NCBI RefSeq assembly: GCF_006345805.1
Contig: NC_043015.1
Location: forward strand, 20,398,001 to 20,462,000
Direction of reading: 5' to 3'
DNA length: 64,000 bases
From: Octopus sinensis
Taxonomy: Eukaryota
Shown: positions 14,045-27,541 of the stretch, piece after piece
Layout: every line of letters starts with the position of its first letter
Numbering within the stretch: the first letter of the stretch is position 1
Position numbers and translations under genes: made by a program
The notes under the pieces: generated by a model
Told to the model about the DNA's origin: nothing
Databases searched by the model: none
The model's input: only the letters and a program-made list of their open reading frames with translations

Positions 14045-14743
14045 TAATAAAATTTTGATTAGGTTCCTTGCAACTTAAATTTTTGTAGGCTTGTCATACG
14101 AACCTAGCTCATAGACTTAGGCTAATGAATTATATATATATATATAAACATACAGAATAATTTATATCTATCTATACATATACAACTTGGTTTGTTACTG
14201 CGTATAGTTACATATATAAACTGTCAAACATCAAAAAGACAACATTTATTTGTATCTTTAAGAGGTTGACGTTTACGATGTTTCGACCACATCGCTTTCA
14301 TCTGGCTGATATAAAAGGTACACATCCATCTAGCTACATGTATGTATGTGCATACGCTATTGCTTACAGATAACTTTACACACACTTACACGAATGTATA
14401 TACATATATATTACTTTTATTTGTCGTCCGTAGAGGAAACTATAACATGTTCACGTCATAATGTTTTTGTGCAAGATAGTATCAACTGGTTGCAAGGTTT
14501 TCATTTCAGAGATTTCCTTCTCTTTGATGGTTTGTCGTCACTGTGAGGGGAGAGCAACATCTATCCTTGAGTATAATGGAGGGCATTAATTCCCCTGAGT
14601 CCCCCACCCCTCTGACGGCTCTTGTTTTTCATTCTGCAGAGTGTCCAAGTATCACCTTCTTTACCAAGGACCTGAATTGCCACCACTAGAATGGATTATT
14701 ATGATATATTATTATTGTTATTATATAATAATAATAATAATAA

Positions 14744-15120
14744 GTTTTATCTTGGTATAAAAGATGGGCTACAGCGAATATTTTGCTCAATACCACAGAT
14801 TTGCTTGTCAGTTGGGATTCTTTGGAGTTTGAATAATGAACCTCTGGAAAAATGGATGTTGTGTTCAACATTCTTAAACAACCCTTATTCAGGGACCTTT
14901 TGAGCGGGATGGGCGACTCGAGCAGAAGAAAATTCTAACTAGGCCCCACCTGCAAGGTTATGTGCTGTTTATCTTGATATGAGATCATCATGTCACGCAT
15001 ATATTGTTGTGATGCATGTGTCTAGTGTACCCTTATCAGACGGGTAGTCATGAAAGGTATACTGGGCTTCGTGTATTTTACCCCAGTGTCACTTTGATGG
15101 CATGCACTGCTCTCTCACTC
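14744..15120 (+). mobile_element. Same (AAT)n-flanked element, copy 2 (5'-truncated, ~100-bp internal deletion)
   Basis: Colinear with ~12760-13235 except for a jump from gtcagttg to ggattc. (AAT)n lies on both sides. Confidence 0.8.
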
Positions 15121-15124
15121 AATG

Positions 15125-15178
<54 letters not shown>

Positions 15179-15806
15179 TTCAAGGATAAGTTTTAAAAAG
15201 AAAACTTTACCAGTGGGCAGTATATAAAAATAAACCTATTAAGGTGAAATCATATATATGTCATTATAATTCAGGGCACATAAAATTTCTAGCCTATATA
15301 TATATATATATATATATATATAACAAAAAAGCAATAGAGGGCATTAAAACACTCGAACAGATAAATGATACAAAGACGGACAAGAGAAATAACAATTAGA
15401 AGCATAGGCAAAAAAAGACGAGTCATTCATGGCTTTCTTTCCTCAGTCAAGTTCCAGAAGTCACAACCATTTCGGGCAGTTACATTTGAGATGGTTCGAT
15501 CTGGTCGCCCCCAAAAAGTCTAAGCTAGGAGCATTAGACCCCTTTTAAAGAAAGCTAGCGAATGTGTACGACAACGAAGACAGAAAAATCAAACAATAAA
15601 ATGGAGAACATATTACACAATTACGAATACAAGCACCAAGAAATAACAACAGGCGACTTTCGACTGAGAACGAATCAAACTGAGCTGGCGTGTATGAAGT
15701 GAAAGAGAGGGCCAAGAAATGTGAGAGAGGGAGATCGAGAAAAAGGAAGAAAAATGAGTGGGGAATAAAAGATAGAGTAAGAGTCGTACAAACTTTAGAT
15801 ACATAC

Positions 15807-15862
<56 letters not shown>

Positions 15863-15865
<3 letters not shown>

Positions 15866-16080
15866 GGTGTCCCAAAACTATGACAACTGACTTTTTTCAA
15901 TTTTACCGAAGCAAATTATCATATTTCGGGTCCGAAAATTGCAATGCAATAGTAGGATAATCAAATTTATTCGATATGACCACCTTAATAACATGGGCTC
16001 TCTATTAATATTCGGGTTAAGATTAGGGTCGGATAAAATTGAAAAGAGAAACACTATAGCACGCACTCCTGAGTTTCCCT
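15863..16080. repeat. Tc1-type TIR stub (cagggtgtccc after TA) plus an unclassified repeat shared with 7198-7280
   Basis: gggctctctattaat.ttcgggttaagattag.gtcggataaaat...cacta...acgcact occurs at ~15995-16080 and ~7198-7280. Confidence 0.6.
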
Positions 16081-16557
16081 ATACACACACACAGACACTT
16101 TTCTCTGTCTCTCTCGTTCTCTCTCTCTATGTATATGTAGATGTATGTTTCTATATGTGTATATAAATATATGTGTACGTGTCTATGTACACACACATAC
16201 ATATATATACGCATATATGTACATGATTTCTCTTATTAGTCGTAGGGCTATAGATGAGCACATCACAAGGACAGCAGATTTGTGCGGGGATTTACATAAG
16301 GGAAGGGGAAAAGAGAATAACGGACAATAAAGCAAATAGGTTTAATGTTGGTAAGCGCAAACTGCGACTAGATTTCAATCTCTGTGTCGATGGCGGTGGT
16401 GTATTATTTTTCAACTCTTATATGGCGAACACCTCGAGCAGGAGGGTTGGGCAGTATTGCAAATGTCACTACATCTGTTTATTTACCGCTTCTCTCTCGC
16501 CACAAAAAGTCTATAAAAATTAAAGCTCTTTTGTACACAACAATATGTAAGTATGTA

Positions 16558-16677
<120 letters not shown>

Positions 16678-16800
16678 GTGTGTGTGGTGTGTGTGTAACA
16701 AAACATTATTTAGACAAAAAGGTTTTTTAGCGTTCGGAAACAGGAACAAGAAAACAAAATGAAAAAGAAAACTAACAATAACAACTGAAACCAGCATAGG

Positions 16801-16866
<66 letters not shown>

Positions 16867-17331
16867 ATATATATATATCAATATATATAGATATATATAA
16901 TATACATACACATATGTGTGTGTGTGTGTACGAAGCCACATAGACAGCCATCGGTTCGATATATATATATATATATATATATAGTATACATGACGAATAA
17001 AGCAGAATGTTCAAAATTTTTTGGTTTAGCTCCAAAAATTTATCTACTCCGCTCATCAGTCATTTATCTAAATATGTGTCTGCTCCGCTATTCACGCAGT
17101 TAAAAATGACTTTTCCTTCTGTGGTCTATTCATTTGGTCCCTAATCTAGTTTTTCCTTTCATGGAAATTCCGCCATTTTGTCTGACTTAGAAAATCGTAT
17201 AAAAAAGATGGCGGAAACGTTGATTGATATTGTTGTTGTTGAATTACTTTTGAAATACGTGATTGATGATGTTAGAAATATTACGTTGTAGATAGCATTG
17301 TCGTTATTCTTTCAAAAGGAAACGAAGCTGC

Positions 17332-17379
<48 letters not shown>

Positions 17380-17432
17380 GTTTCTAGCATCTATAATTTG
17401 TCTAACATACTAATAATGATGGTCTCTAACAT

Positions 17433-17879
17433 TGGCACAAGGCCACACATACTCAGAGGAAGAATGAGATCAATTTCATCGAAGCCAATACTTGATTGGT
17501 TCTTATTTCATTATGAAAAATGATGAAAGTTTAATGTCTACCTTGATGGAATTTGAAATTAGAATGTAAAGGTGCGTTACTGCGTTTCTCAAACGTAGAC
17601 AGCGACAGCTTCAACGGATTTTTTCTTGTCAATCTCCGTGATAAAAAATAACTCCTCATTTCGGGACATTGGCAGCAACTTTTGGGGCAGAGGAAAGTCG
17701 ATTAAATCGATCCCCGTACTGAACGGGTACCTAATTTATCGAACCCCAAAACATGAAAGGTAAACTCGACCTCGAAGGAATTCGAACTCAGAACGTGAAG
17801 GGGCTGAAGAAATGCTGCTATGCATTTTGTCCAACGCGATCACAATTTTGCCAACTCGTTGCTTTTGATAATAATATTG

Positions 17880-17965
<86 letters not shown>

Positions 17966-18260
17966 AAGAAAAAGAAAAAGAAAAGAAGAAGAAGAAGAAG
18001 AAGAAGAAGAAGAAGAAGAAGAAGAAGAAGAAGAAGAAGAAGAAGAAGAAGAAGAAGAAGAAGAAGAAGAAGAAGAAGAAGAAGAAGAATGCCAGAAGTT
18101 CGAGAGGAGCGTTTAATCGATTACAGCGAATTAAGTTCCTGATTGAACCTTTATTTTGCCGACACCAGAGTTATGAAAAGTTAAGTCGATCTGATTGGGA
18201 TTTGAACGTAGAACATAGAGCCTGGAAAAATACCGCAAAGCACTTTGTTCGACGCAAACC
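17433..18260 (-). mobile_element. Cluster of minus-strand family A SINEs separated by (AAT)n(AAG)n
   Basis: Copies at ~17433-17570, ~17663-17865 and ~18090-18260 (gaaaggtaaactcgacctcgaaggaattcgaactcagaacg). Confidence 0.7.
17877..18088. repeat. Compound (AAT)n(AAG)n microsatellite
   Basis: Seen directly. Confidence 0.95.
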
Positions 18261-19101
18261 ATTGAGCTTAAAAATGATAATTATTAGGTTCTGTTACAAT
18301 AAAGTAGTGGTTGCATCAAAGGCTTCGGATAAATCGAGGCTGTCTTATAATCTGCATTATCGCTCTTTAGCGACATTGAATTCTTTTCACAAGGATATTG
18401 CATCATTCCTTGAAGATATATTTAGGTAGTTTAGTCGAGAAGGAAGTGGTGTGCTGCTCGTGACGATTTCCATGAGCTCCAAGACTAGTGAAAAAGAAGG
18501 ACGGAGGCAGGGAGGGAGTAAAGTAACGAATGAAAATAATTTTCTGAGTAGACGCATAACGAAGCGCCCCTATGTCAACGAAGACATCTGAGTCAATGAA
18601 TGGCGACTCACTCAGCTACAAATAACAACGAAATCGCTCAGCTTGCGAGAATTAGTAACCAAACCAGTCAAGTGACTAGAAAAGCAACAAACTCACTTAA
18701 CGTGCAAGAAAGAGTCAGCAAGCAACTCTTTACGTAGGTGTCGTTCAAAAATGAAGGACGTATAAAATAACGTTTGAAAACGCGTGCTGGTCATGGCCAG
18801 AACATTTGATAACATGTCCACTCATTCATGGTTGGCCTAGGGTTAAACAGCAACAGAATAATATCGAAATCAATTTTACAAAGACTACATTCGATAATAC
18901 AGTCCTAGATAGCCAATATTAGAAAGAAAAAAGAAAAAGGATGAACATTGATGAAATGCATTCAGCCATTCGTCTGCTCGATCGATTCTCATCTGAAGCT
19001 AATAAACAACAATTGTAGAGCAAAAATATCTAAGTATTAAATATAAAACATGTTTAAACTTTCTTATTTCATACTCTTTCTCGCTATTTGCCTGTCCCTC
19101 T

Positions 19102-19314
19102 ACGTATGTATGTATGTATGTATGTATGTATGTATGTATGTATGTATGTATGTATGTATGTATGTATGTATGTATTCATCTATCCATCTTTCTATCTATC
19201 CATGCATGCATGTATGTATATATTCATCTATCTATCTATCTGTCTGTCTGCCCGTCCATCTGTCTCTTCCCCTTTATCAATCTGTCTGTCTGTGCCAGTC
19301 TGTCTTTGCCACAC

Positions 19315-19402
<88 letters not shown>
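19102..19402. repeat. (TATG)n and (TCTA)n tetranucleotide arrays
   Basis: Seen directly. Similar arrays lie at ~24249-24530, ~44390-44510 and ~48240-48305. Confidence 0.95.
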
Positions 19403-19403
<1 letters not shown>

Positions 19404-19794
19404 GTTTTATCTATCTGTATTATATATCTATCTCTATTAACTACCCACCAACCTACCTGAATGAAAGAAAACAAAACAAGTGGCAATTTAGCTTTAAAAT
19501 ATTTCAATTGAATGATTAACTCTCTGAGTGACTAATGGAATAATTGACTAATTGGAATATTGATTGACTGATTTGTATGGAATCACTGTTAAATTAATTT
19601 GTTTGTCAAATCACACAAGAATACAAAAACCTTACAAAGGAGAATGAAGTATTTTGTCTTTTTAGAATAATCCTCGAAGTATCCATGTTTAGCGAGTGAA
19701 CAATCGCATAGATGTATATACTATTGTTGCCGACATCGATATGTGGTATATTCTCGTGAATAAACATTGATCGCTGGAAACGGTGAAGTTGCCC

Positions 19795-19833
<39 letters not shown>

Positions 19834-20011
19834 ATAACCCACTGTAAGTATTCGTCCTGTGTTAATGTAATAGTGTTCTCTTGACGGATCTTTGTGAATC
19901 TACATCCAAATGCACTATTAACATCCACTGCAGGGGATGCACATATCCACAACGGTGAAACGTGCGTAGGAGGCAAATGATATCAACTGCAGTGTATTTA
20001 TCCTATATTTT

Positions 20012-20098
<87 letters not shown>

Positions 20099-20115
20099 AT
20101 ATATGATGCAAACAC

Positions 20116-20146
<31 letters not shown>

Positions 20147-20389
20147 ATACGTCTATGTTAATGATACGAGAAGTCTACAAAAGCGTATGTTGCTGTAAAA
20201 TCTCAGCTATTGATAAAAAAAATCCATAATTGAAAAGCGTTGATGAAGAAATAAACGGTCTTCGTATGACACAAATTGATTCCCAGTACGCCCTCTTGTG
20301 TGTAACGAAGAAACAATATCCATGAGACTAGTGTGGTCAATAGTATTCAGATACATTAAACACGTTATGTGTAAAAGACAAACAGTTTA

Positions 20390-21930
20390 GCTGATACAGG
20401 AATTATAAAAGCTAATCCTGTCTACTGCACAATAAACATATTCTCAGAAAATCACTCCCTTTATCTCTTGTCTACCTGACATTATCACCTTTACCCAATT
20501 TGCTGGAACACATGAAGTCCGAAACAATTGCTATAAGAGGACAATTGACCGTATATTGTATGTAGAACACATGTATGCCCCGATGGGAAGCAAGGAGAAT
20601 TACTGCTACAGAGTGCACAAGGTTTTACTAGAAGAATTGATGAGATTCGGGTCAGAGAAAATGTGAAAGTAATTTTAACAATGGGGAGAAAATTAATTAA
20701 GATGACTGATATCAGATTAGATTAGAAATAAAGAAACAGACATAATTAGACAAATTATATTCCGAGGAAACACTTAGGAACCACCGGATTAGACAGTACA
20801 GTACACAGAAGTGAACGAAAAGACAAGAAAGGAGTATTACAGATACACTTGATCTATTATTTAAAACATGTAAATGTAAAAATATTCATGTTATTACTAT
20901 GATAAGTTATTGTAATAATATTCTCAAAGGGGCACTAAATAATCTAGAAGGACTAGACAGGAAAACAAGGAAAATAATGAATACATTACTGGCAATCTGA
21001 CATATAAAGATTATATTTATTACGACTTGAGAGATTTAGGAGTTTTAAGCACCCAGAAATCTAATATAGAATGTCTAATGAAGAACTACAAAAAAGGCAA
21101 TGGAAATAGTTACAAAACATGCCAAACAGAAATAACTATAAAACACAAGGGAAACAAAAAAATTAATTCCTGTCTTCAACGAAGACGGAAAAAACCCCAC
21201 AAAGAATACAAAGTAAACAACTGAACAGAAATGGAAATGACAGACAGTTTTTAGATCGAAACAAGAAACACCAGAAATTGTGGAAAAAGTTAAAAAGTAA
21301 GCTAAAATGTGTCGACGGAATACCATGTTAAAATAATGACAAGCAAAGCTGATACATGGCCGAAAAACAAAGCAAAACGAAAATAAAACGCAAAACCGAG
21401 CCACGTAGAAATAAACGAGGAAAAATTGCAGTAGAATTGGACGTGAATCGCTGAATGCAAAACTGAGACGGAAGAATTCTTAATTGCATCAGAGGATCAA
21501 AGAGTTGCCGTTAAAAACCACTGAAATCAAGTAATGAAGCACAATACATTTAATAATTGCAGAATATGTGTAGGTGGAAAGAAACTATTAACTAAATTGT
21601 CTTTGGTTGCTCTAAGACAGAAGAATATACATTTACGTATAAGACAGTGTTGGAGATCTTATACGTTGGAAATTATAGCAGCATTATGGAATAGCGAGAG
21701 TTGAGGTGGTGTAAACATAAATGAGAAAAGGTCCATGTGGACGCTAGTGGGATCAGACTTGGTGAGACGATTTGACATAGAGTCAGGGAGATTAAGTTAA
21801 ATGGCCGGATGTTAATATCAAGGATTACATAGAAAGGAAGTTTCTGTTAATCGAAGTTTCAGAACCTAATTAGGATAATGTCTCAATTTAAAATTACTTG
21901 GAAAATTATCTAAATATACAACGAACCATT
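20390..21930 (+). mobile_element. Long decayed R4/Dong-like LINE (RT, zinc knuckle, restriction-like endonuclease)
   Basis: Motifs in the expected order: RILYVEHMYA (YMDD region), LEGLDRKTRKIM, KTETEEFLIASEDQ, CRICVGGKETI..IVFGC, IRWKL*QHYGI and PDVNIKDYIERKFLLIEVSEP..KLSKY. Confidence 0.85.
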
Positions 21931-21947
21931 AATTACTTATTGGTTTC

Positions 21948-22313
21948 AAATTTTGATACAAGGCCAGCAATTTTGGGAGAGGGGATAATTCGATTAAATC
22001 AACCCCAGTGTTCCATTAGCAATTGTTTTAACCAATCTGAAGAATGAAACGCAAAGTCGACCTCAGTGGAATTTGAACTCAGAACGTAAAGACGGACGAA
22101 ATGCTCATTATTTATATTTGACGGATATTTGTCCTCATCTTGTTTGTTGTTGATACAAGAAACAAGATGATTCGTTAACAACTAACAAGATGAGGACAAA
22201 TATCCGTCAAATGTAAATAATGTAAATAATTCCTCATCTCTTAAATATACAACTGAACGAAAAGCTGTTACGCAAATTGCCCGGCGTGGTAACGATTGAA
22301 CCAGGTCACCGCC

Positions 22314-22395
<82 letters not shown>

Positions 22396-22570
22396 TTCTA
22401 CTAAAGGCACAAGGCCTGAATAAGGGCGGGGACTAGTCGATTACATCGACCCTACTGTTTCACTGGTACTTTATTTATCGATCTCGATAGGATGAAAGGC
22501 AAAGTCGACTTCGGAGGAATTTGAACTCATAACGAAGCGATGGGCGAAGTACTGCTATGCATTTCTTTCG
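21948..22570 (-). mobile_element. Two minus-strand family A SINEs (first interrupted by a family E fragment) around (AAT)n
   Basis: caaagtcgacctcagtggaatttgaactcagaacg at ~22051 and aaaggcaaagtcgacttcggaggaatttgaactc at ~22495. Confidence 0.8.
22107..22256. mobile_element. Fold-back family E tail fragment nested in a family A SINE
   Basis: 22107-22151 and 22177-22221 are reverse complements and match the family E tail (atttgacggatatttgtcctcatc). Confidence 0.8.
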
Positions 22571-22789
22571 GCTGTATGCCCTAACCGCTAAGCCACGTGC
22601 CTTCTCACGTGCGTGGCAGCATTTTCACAATTAACGTCACACTTAAATATTCTTAATTAATCGAGCAACCTACGCTGATTTAATTAGGTTTTGTCTTAAT
22701 TTCACCAAAAGTCGTTCCAATTTTCAGTTAGCCAAAATCGATGAAAAATGTACCAGTCAGGTACTGGGGCTAATATTACCGGCTATATC

Positions 22790-23440
22790 ATCATACCCCA
22801 CCACCATCTAAACATTTGTGAGGTTGTGCCGTTATTCAAGATATTCCTTCTCCCCACCATCACTACCAGTAGCAGCACCGCCACCACCACCATTATCACC
22901 AACAGCATCAGCAAGAACACTACCACGACGACGACGACCACCATCACTACTGCCACTACCATTACCACCACCTGCAACATCATCTCCACGACCACCTCCA
23001 CCACCAACGTTAGTATTATTTCACTATTATTTAAATAGTATTAATTACATACATTTAATTAGTAAACCAATGGCGAAATAATCCATTAAATTGTGTGTAA
23101 ATAATTCTGCCTTGTGCCTGAGAATCGTAGCCATATTGTGAGACAGAAGAACATCGTTATCATCACCGCCACCCAATCCCTCCACCATCAAACACAATAG
23201 CAATAACGCCAGCACCTTCGTCATCATCATCATTATGAACAAAACCACAATCATTATTGACATCATCAACAGCAACAATAATAACCGCCACCACCGCCGC
23301 CATCATAATCACAACCGACATCTTAACTCTCACCACCACCCGTTATCGCCACCACCTTCATCATCACCTTATGACTACCACCATTACTCTCATTGCCAAT
23401 ATCTTCACCGCCGTCACCGCCACCACCACCATATCCTCAC
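22790..23440. repeat. Degenerate (CAC/CAT)n low-complexity region
   Basis: Seen directly; it explains the Thr/His/Pro-rich ORFs here. Confidence 0.85.
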
Positions 23441-23847
23441 TGTCATTGTCCAACAGGATATACCCAGATATTTGTTTATTTCGATGTCTGAACAGGAAGT
23501 TGCTAGCACCGTAACCTTTTAATATTTGCCTTTTGTGTTAGAAATCTTATATTTACTTCCAAGACGGAATTAGAATGGTAGACATTGAGCGCAGCCTGTG
23601 TGCCAACTCTTGGTCTTGTGTTGTTTGTCAAACATTAGGAATAATAATATTTGGATATTCCTGTAACTAATCTTGGAAAATATTGGCATTGAGACTTTTG
23701 GTAGCGAGTCGAAGAAAACGAAACATTAAACATTTCCAAAGAGAAAAGGAACAAAGAGCGGACAGCCTACGTATTGTCTCTTACAGGTTGTAACACACAA
23801 CAACACATGCACATATGTATATATATATATATATAATATATATATTA

Positions 23848-23889
<42 letters not shown>

Positions 23890-24249
23890 CATACATAATA
23901 TATATATATTTGCATATTTGTATATATAGGCGCATGCTTGGGTATGTGACACTTTGTTGTTGGGAAGCAGGCTTCTACCACACACCCAAGCAAGCATGCG
24001 CCTATATATACACATATGTGATATATATATATATATATCTATATATATATATATATATATATGCTGTAATGCTATTAGAACTATTTTCAATGTCATTATC
24101 CTTTAGATGACTTTTACTAATTGTAATTAACGTAATAATATTAGATATATTATGTGACAGAGTAACAGTTGAGAAAGACATATTCCTTACCACGTAAATA
24201 CAATATCTATCTATCTTTCTATCTGCTTGTCTGTTCATCCACCCATGTT

Positions 24250-24295
<46 letters not shown>

Positions 24296-24296
24296 C

Positions 24297-24385
<89 letters not shown>

Positions 24386-24404
24386 CCTGCCTACCTACCT
24401 ACCT

Positions 24405-24530
<126 letters not shown>

Positions 24531-25034
24531 ACTTTTTCTATCCATCTGTCTGTCTAGAAATTTATTAGTAAGTGTATATATATATATATATATATATATC
24601 AGTCCACACGCACGCACACACATACATGTATAATTCACAGACACACACGCGTGCGCGATGACTTGTATAATCAGATACATGATAAATTCGTATATAAAAA
24701 ATGCGTATATGTCCGCATTTACTTCAACATAATCATATTCTTGTTACTGCAAGACTTGTACGCATGTGTATGTGTGTGTGTGTCTGTATTTTGTGAGTTT
24801 GTGTGCGCTTTAAGAGCACTTAAGCTACAATATAGAAACAGGATGTCATACAAGTGGCTTCTTCAAAGAACGCCATGTACCGGAGCCAAAAAAAATATAA
24901 AAATGAAACGAACCTGCATATTAATCAAATATTGGCATAATCACACACCTCACTTGTCAATATACCATAAAAACCACAATTCAGAACAACTAACACATCA
25001 TATATGCATACTCAGTCACACATATATATATTGT

Positions 25035-25239
25035 TGTGTCTGGGGAGAGTCATTCTCTTTTAGTGCCTTATTATTTAACACACTCACAACTCACCAGCAA
25101 AGTTTCCACTCATTTACGTTGCAAGACGCAACGAAAATTTTAGGAAAAATAAATAAGTAAATGAGTGGAAATTTTGCCGGTGAGTTGTGAGTGTGTTAAA
25201 TAATAAGGCACTAAAAGAGAATGGCTCTCCTCAGACACA
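25035..25239. mobile_element. Fold-back element / MITE with ~83-bp arms
   Basis: 25035-25117 is reverse-complementary to 25157-25239 with few mismatches, around a 39-bp spacer. Confidence 0.8.
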
Positions 25240-25642
25240 AAATATGCTTCTACACACGAACACACATAAAGCATCTTGCAAACCAAATCCGAAAACGAAA
25301 TATGTGTGTGTGTGTGTGTATTTGTTTTGTGTGTATTTAGATATCTTAATTCTTTGGAAAATGACAATCTGATTTGCTGAGAACAAAACCGATTGTATTG
25401 TTATAGAGTAATAATAGCAGTTTACGGTGGGCATCAAGTATCATTTTATTTCTAACTACGGAAGTATTTGGTGGAGTAATGTAGTAATAATTCCCTCGGA
25501 CTCTCACGTTGTACTTCTTCATACTCTCTCATGTATCTAGCTTTGACTATAGTTCAATGGAATATGAGAGGCCGGTTCGTAGGTATACGATGTTTAGAGC
25601 GACGGTCGTAAAGATGTGGAAGTTATAATGTGTTTCTGATAA

Positions 25643-27412
25643 TGCAAGGACAAAATAATGGAAATAGCACTTTTGAGTTGACTATTTTCTTTTCTTTTGG
25701 TAATATGACAAATGTGAAACTGTTCTAGTGTATATATACGTGATGATGCGCATTATATATGCATTGTGGTTCATTATATAATATTGTCTGTTTGCTTAGC
25801 AGATATTTATATTTAAATAAGTTACATTGATTTACCTAACTGGTTTCTAAAGCTGATAAATGATGGGAGAGCAGATGGCTAGAGTATGTCATTAATATTG
25901 CTGAATTCATTAAGGTTTCGAGAGAACCAGTTTCTCAAATCATGTTACCATTCCAAACCAAGATAAAATCAAACTTTGGCAAGCAGAATTTTAGATAGTA
26001 AGCAACGCTCAGAGAGAGGGTCTTCAGAAAAGTGCAACGAATTCTGTCTAAAAGCCATCGAACCACTACAGCAAAAGTGATAGCAGGGCTAAATCATAGC
26101 CTTGCCAACTCTATGTCAATAAAAACCATTCGTCCTCACCTCCAGCTAGATACCATGGGGAGGCAACAATTGCTAAATCTCTCGTCTTTCGCCTCAACGA
26201 TAGTAAACAGAAAAAGTGGCGTCAACACAATCAGAAGTGGTCAATGGCTTAATGTCGTCTCTAATGAATCTTATTCACAATTTTTACCATGTGTTTACAA
26301 TGTGTTTGTTGGGGCAGAGATTGGTTTATTAAAAGGTGCAAACTGCATACACCGGACATGGGGAAACTTAAATGAGCTTCATGAGGTGAAGAAGAAGAAT
26401 GAAATAAACTGCATGTATTGGCTTACTCGTAAACAGACTAAATTCTATTATGAACAAGAGAACCACATTGTAACAATTTTTGATGTAGATACTGGTAAAA
26501 TAACTAGGCAAGTCAAAATGAATACTGGAGAGGGAAGATTTAAAATTATACATCCATACCACAGCAGTAAGCAGTGGTGATATTAACTTATGGACCAAAA
26601 AAGGAAAAACATCTGTTAAAAATATCTGGAGGCATTGACTTAAATTGTGTGCAACATGGTCCAGTACAAACGCATTTAATTGCCAGTGGAGGCAACGAGA
26701 ACCCTTTGAAATTATGGGACATTAATTGTCCTACAAGTCCTATTTTTGTATTTAAAAAATGTGTCTGAGAACTGGTTACTTCATTCCACAGTCTAGCAAA
26801 ATCATTACTGGTACTGAGTTATATCAGATACGACTACCAAAAACTGGCCATCAACTGAAGAAAGCACAGGCCTCCAAACCTGACTGCTTGATCTTATGCC
26901 GTGAATCATGGAGGTACTTCTGTGATGGTTTATGCAGCCATCTCGCAAAGTTCTCTTGACCTTTTAGTCGTTCTACATCGCAGAGATAACACCAAGGGTT
27001 CTCTAAGTATCTCTGTTGATCATGCTCGTCTTTTAGTTCCAAATACTGTACTCTGATGGTACAACACGTCACACATGGTTAATTTTATTCACAATTGGTA
27101 TCAAGAGCAGAAAAGCGTTGTAGACCACATGGATTCGGCGAGCCCTAACCGCACAATAGACAGATCTCAATATAATCGAACAGTTTTGGTGCATTTTGAA
27201 CTTGAGGGTCCGTTTCCCTTCACCAACGTTGCGGAGAGAACTGGGGCAGATTTTACTAAAAGAATAGCACAAAATTTCTCTAACAGCAGTTCAAAGCGTT
27301 TATGAGTCAATTCTTCGATGTATGAAATATGTGATTGAAGCCAAAGATGGACAACTCCATACTAAATATAACTTGCATTAGCAAGGTGTTTTCAGTATTT
27401 TGACCAACTCAT
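25643..27412 (+). mobile_element. Decayed Tc1-family DNA transposon interrupted by the WDR74 fragment
   Basis: Imperfect TIRs ggacaaaataatggaaa (25648-25664) and tttcagtattttgacc (~27390-27405). Transposase remnants: QRILSKSHRTTTAKV..LN, NVVSNES (first catalytic D region), VNHGGTSVMVYAAIS and DLNIIEQFW. Confidence 0.85.
26290..26836 (+). pseudogene. WDR74: Intronless, truncated WDR74/Nsa1 (WD40 ribosome-biogenesis factor) fragment inserted in a Tc1 element
   Basis: Translated blocks VFVGAEIGLLKG, TAVSSGDINLW, IASGGNENPLKLWD, KNVSENWL and FIPQSSKIITGTELYQIRL match, in order, recalled WDR74 motifs VWVGTETGILKG, TCVDSGILRVW, VATGGKENALKIWD, KNVRNDWL and FLPGSQKLVTCTGYHQVRV. It has frameshifts and a deletion of about 12 codons. 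Confidence 0.88.
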
Positions 27413-27446
27413 GGATGCAAACACGCATACATATGCATGCATATAT

Positions 27447-27541
<95 letters not shown>

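Noticed and set aside
14255-14310. Further hammerhead remnants (also ~15430-15460 and ~13039)
   Set aside because: Partial CTGANGA/GAAA-like words occur without convincing stems I and II.
19839-19927. Candidate downstream exon (V)DVNSAFGCRFTKIRQENTITLTQDEYLQW, phase-compatible with the cadherin exon
   Set aside because: Weak donor (gttata), poor polypyrimidine tract and no cadherin motif.
22748-23522. Mucin-like Thr-rich and His-rich ORFs
   Set aside because: They arise from degenerate CAC/CAT trinucleotide repeats open in several frames, with no splice or domain support.
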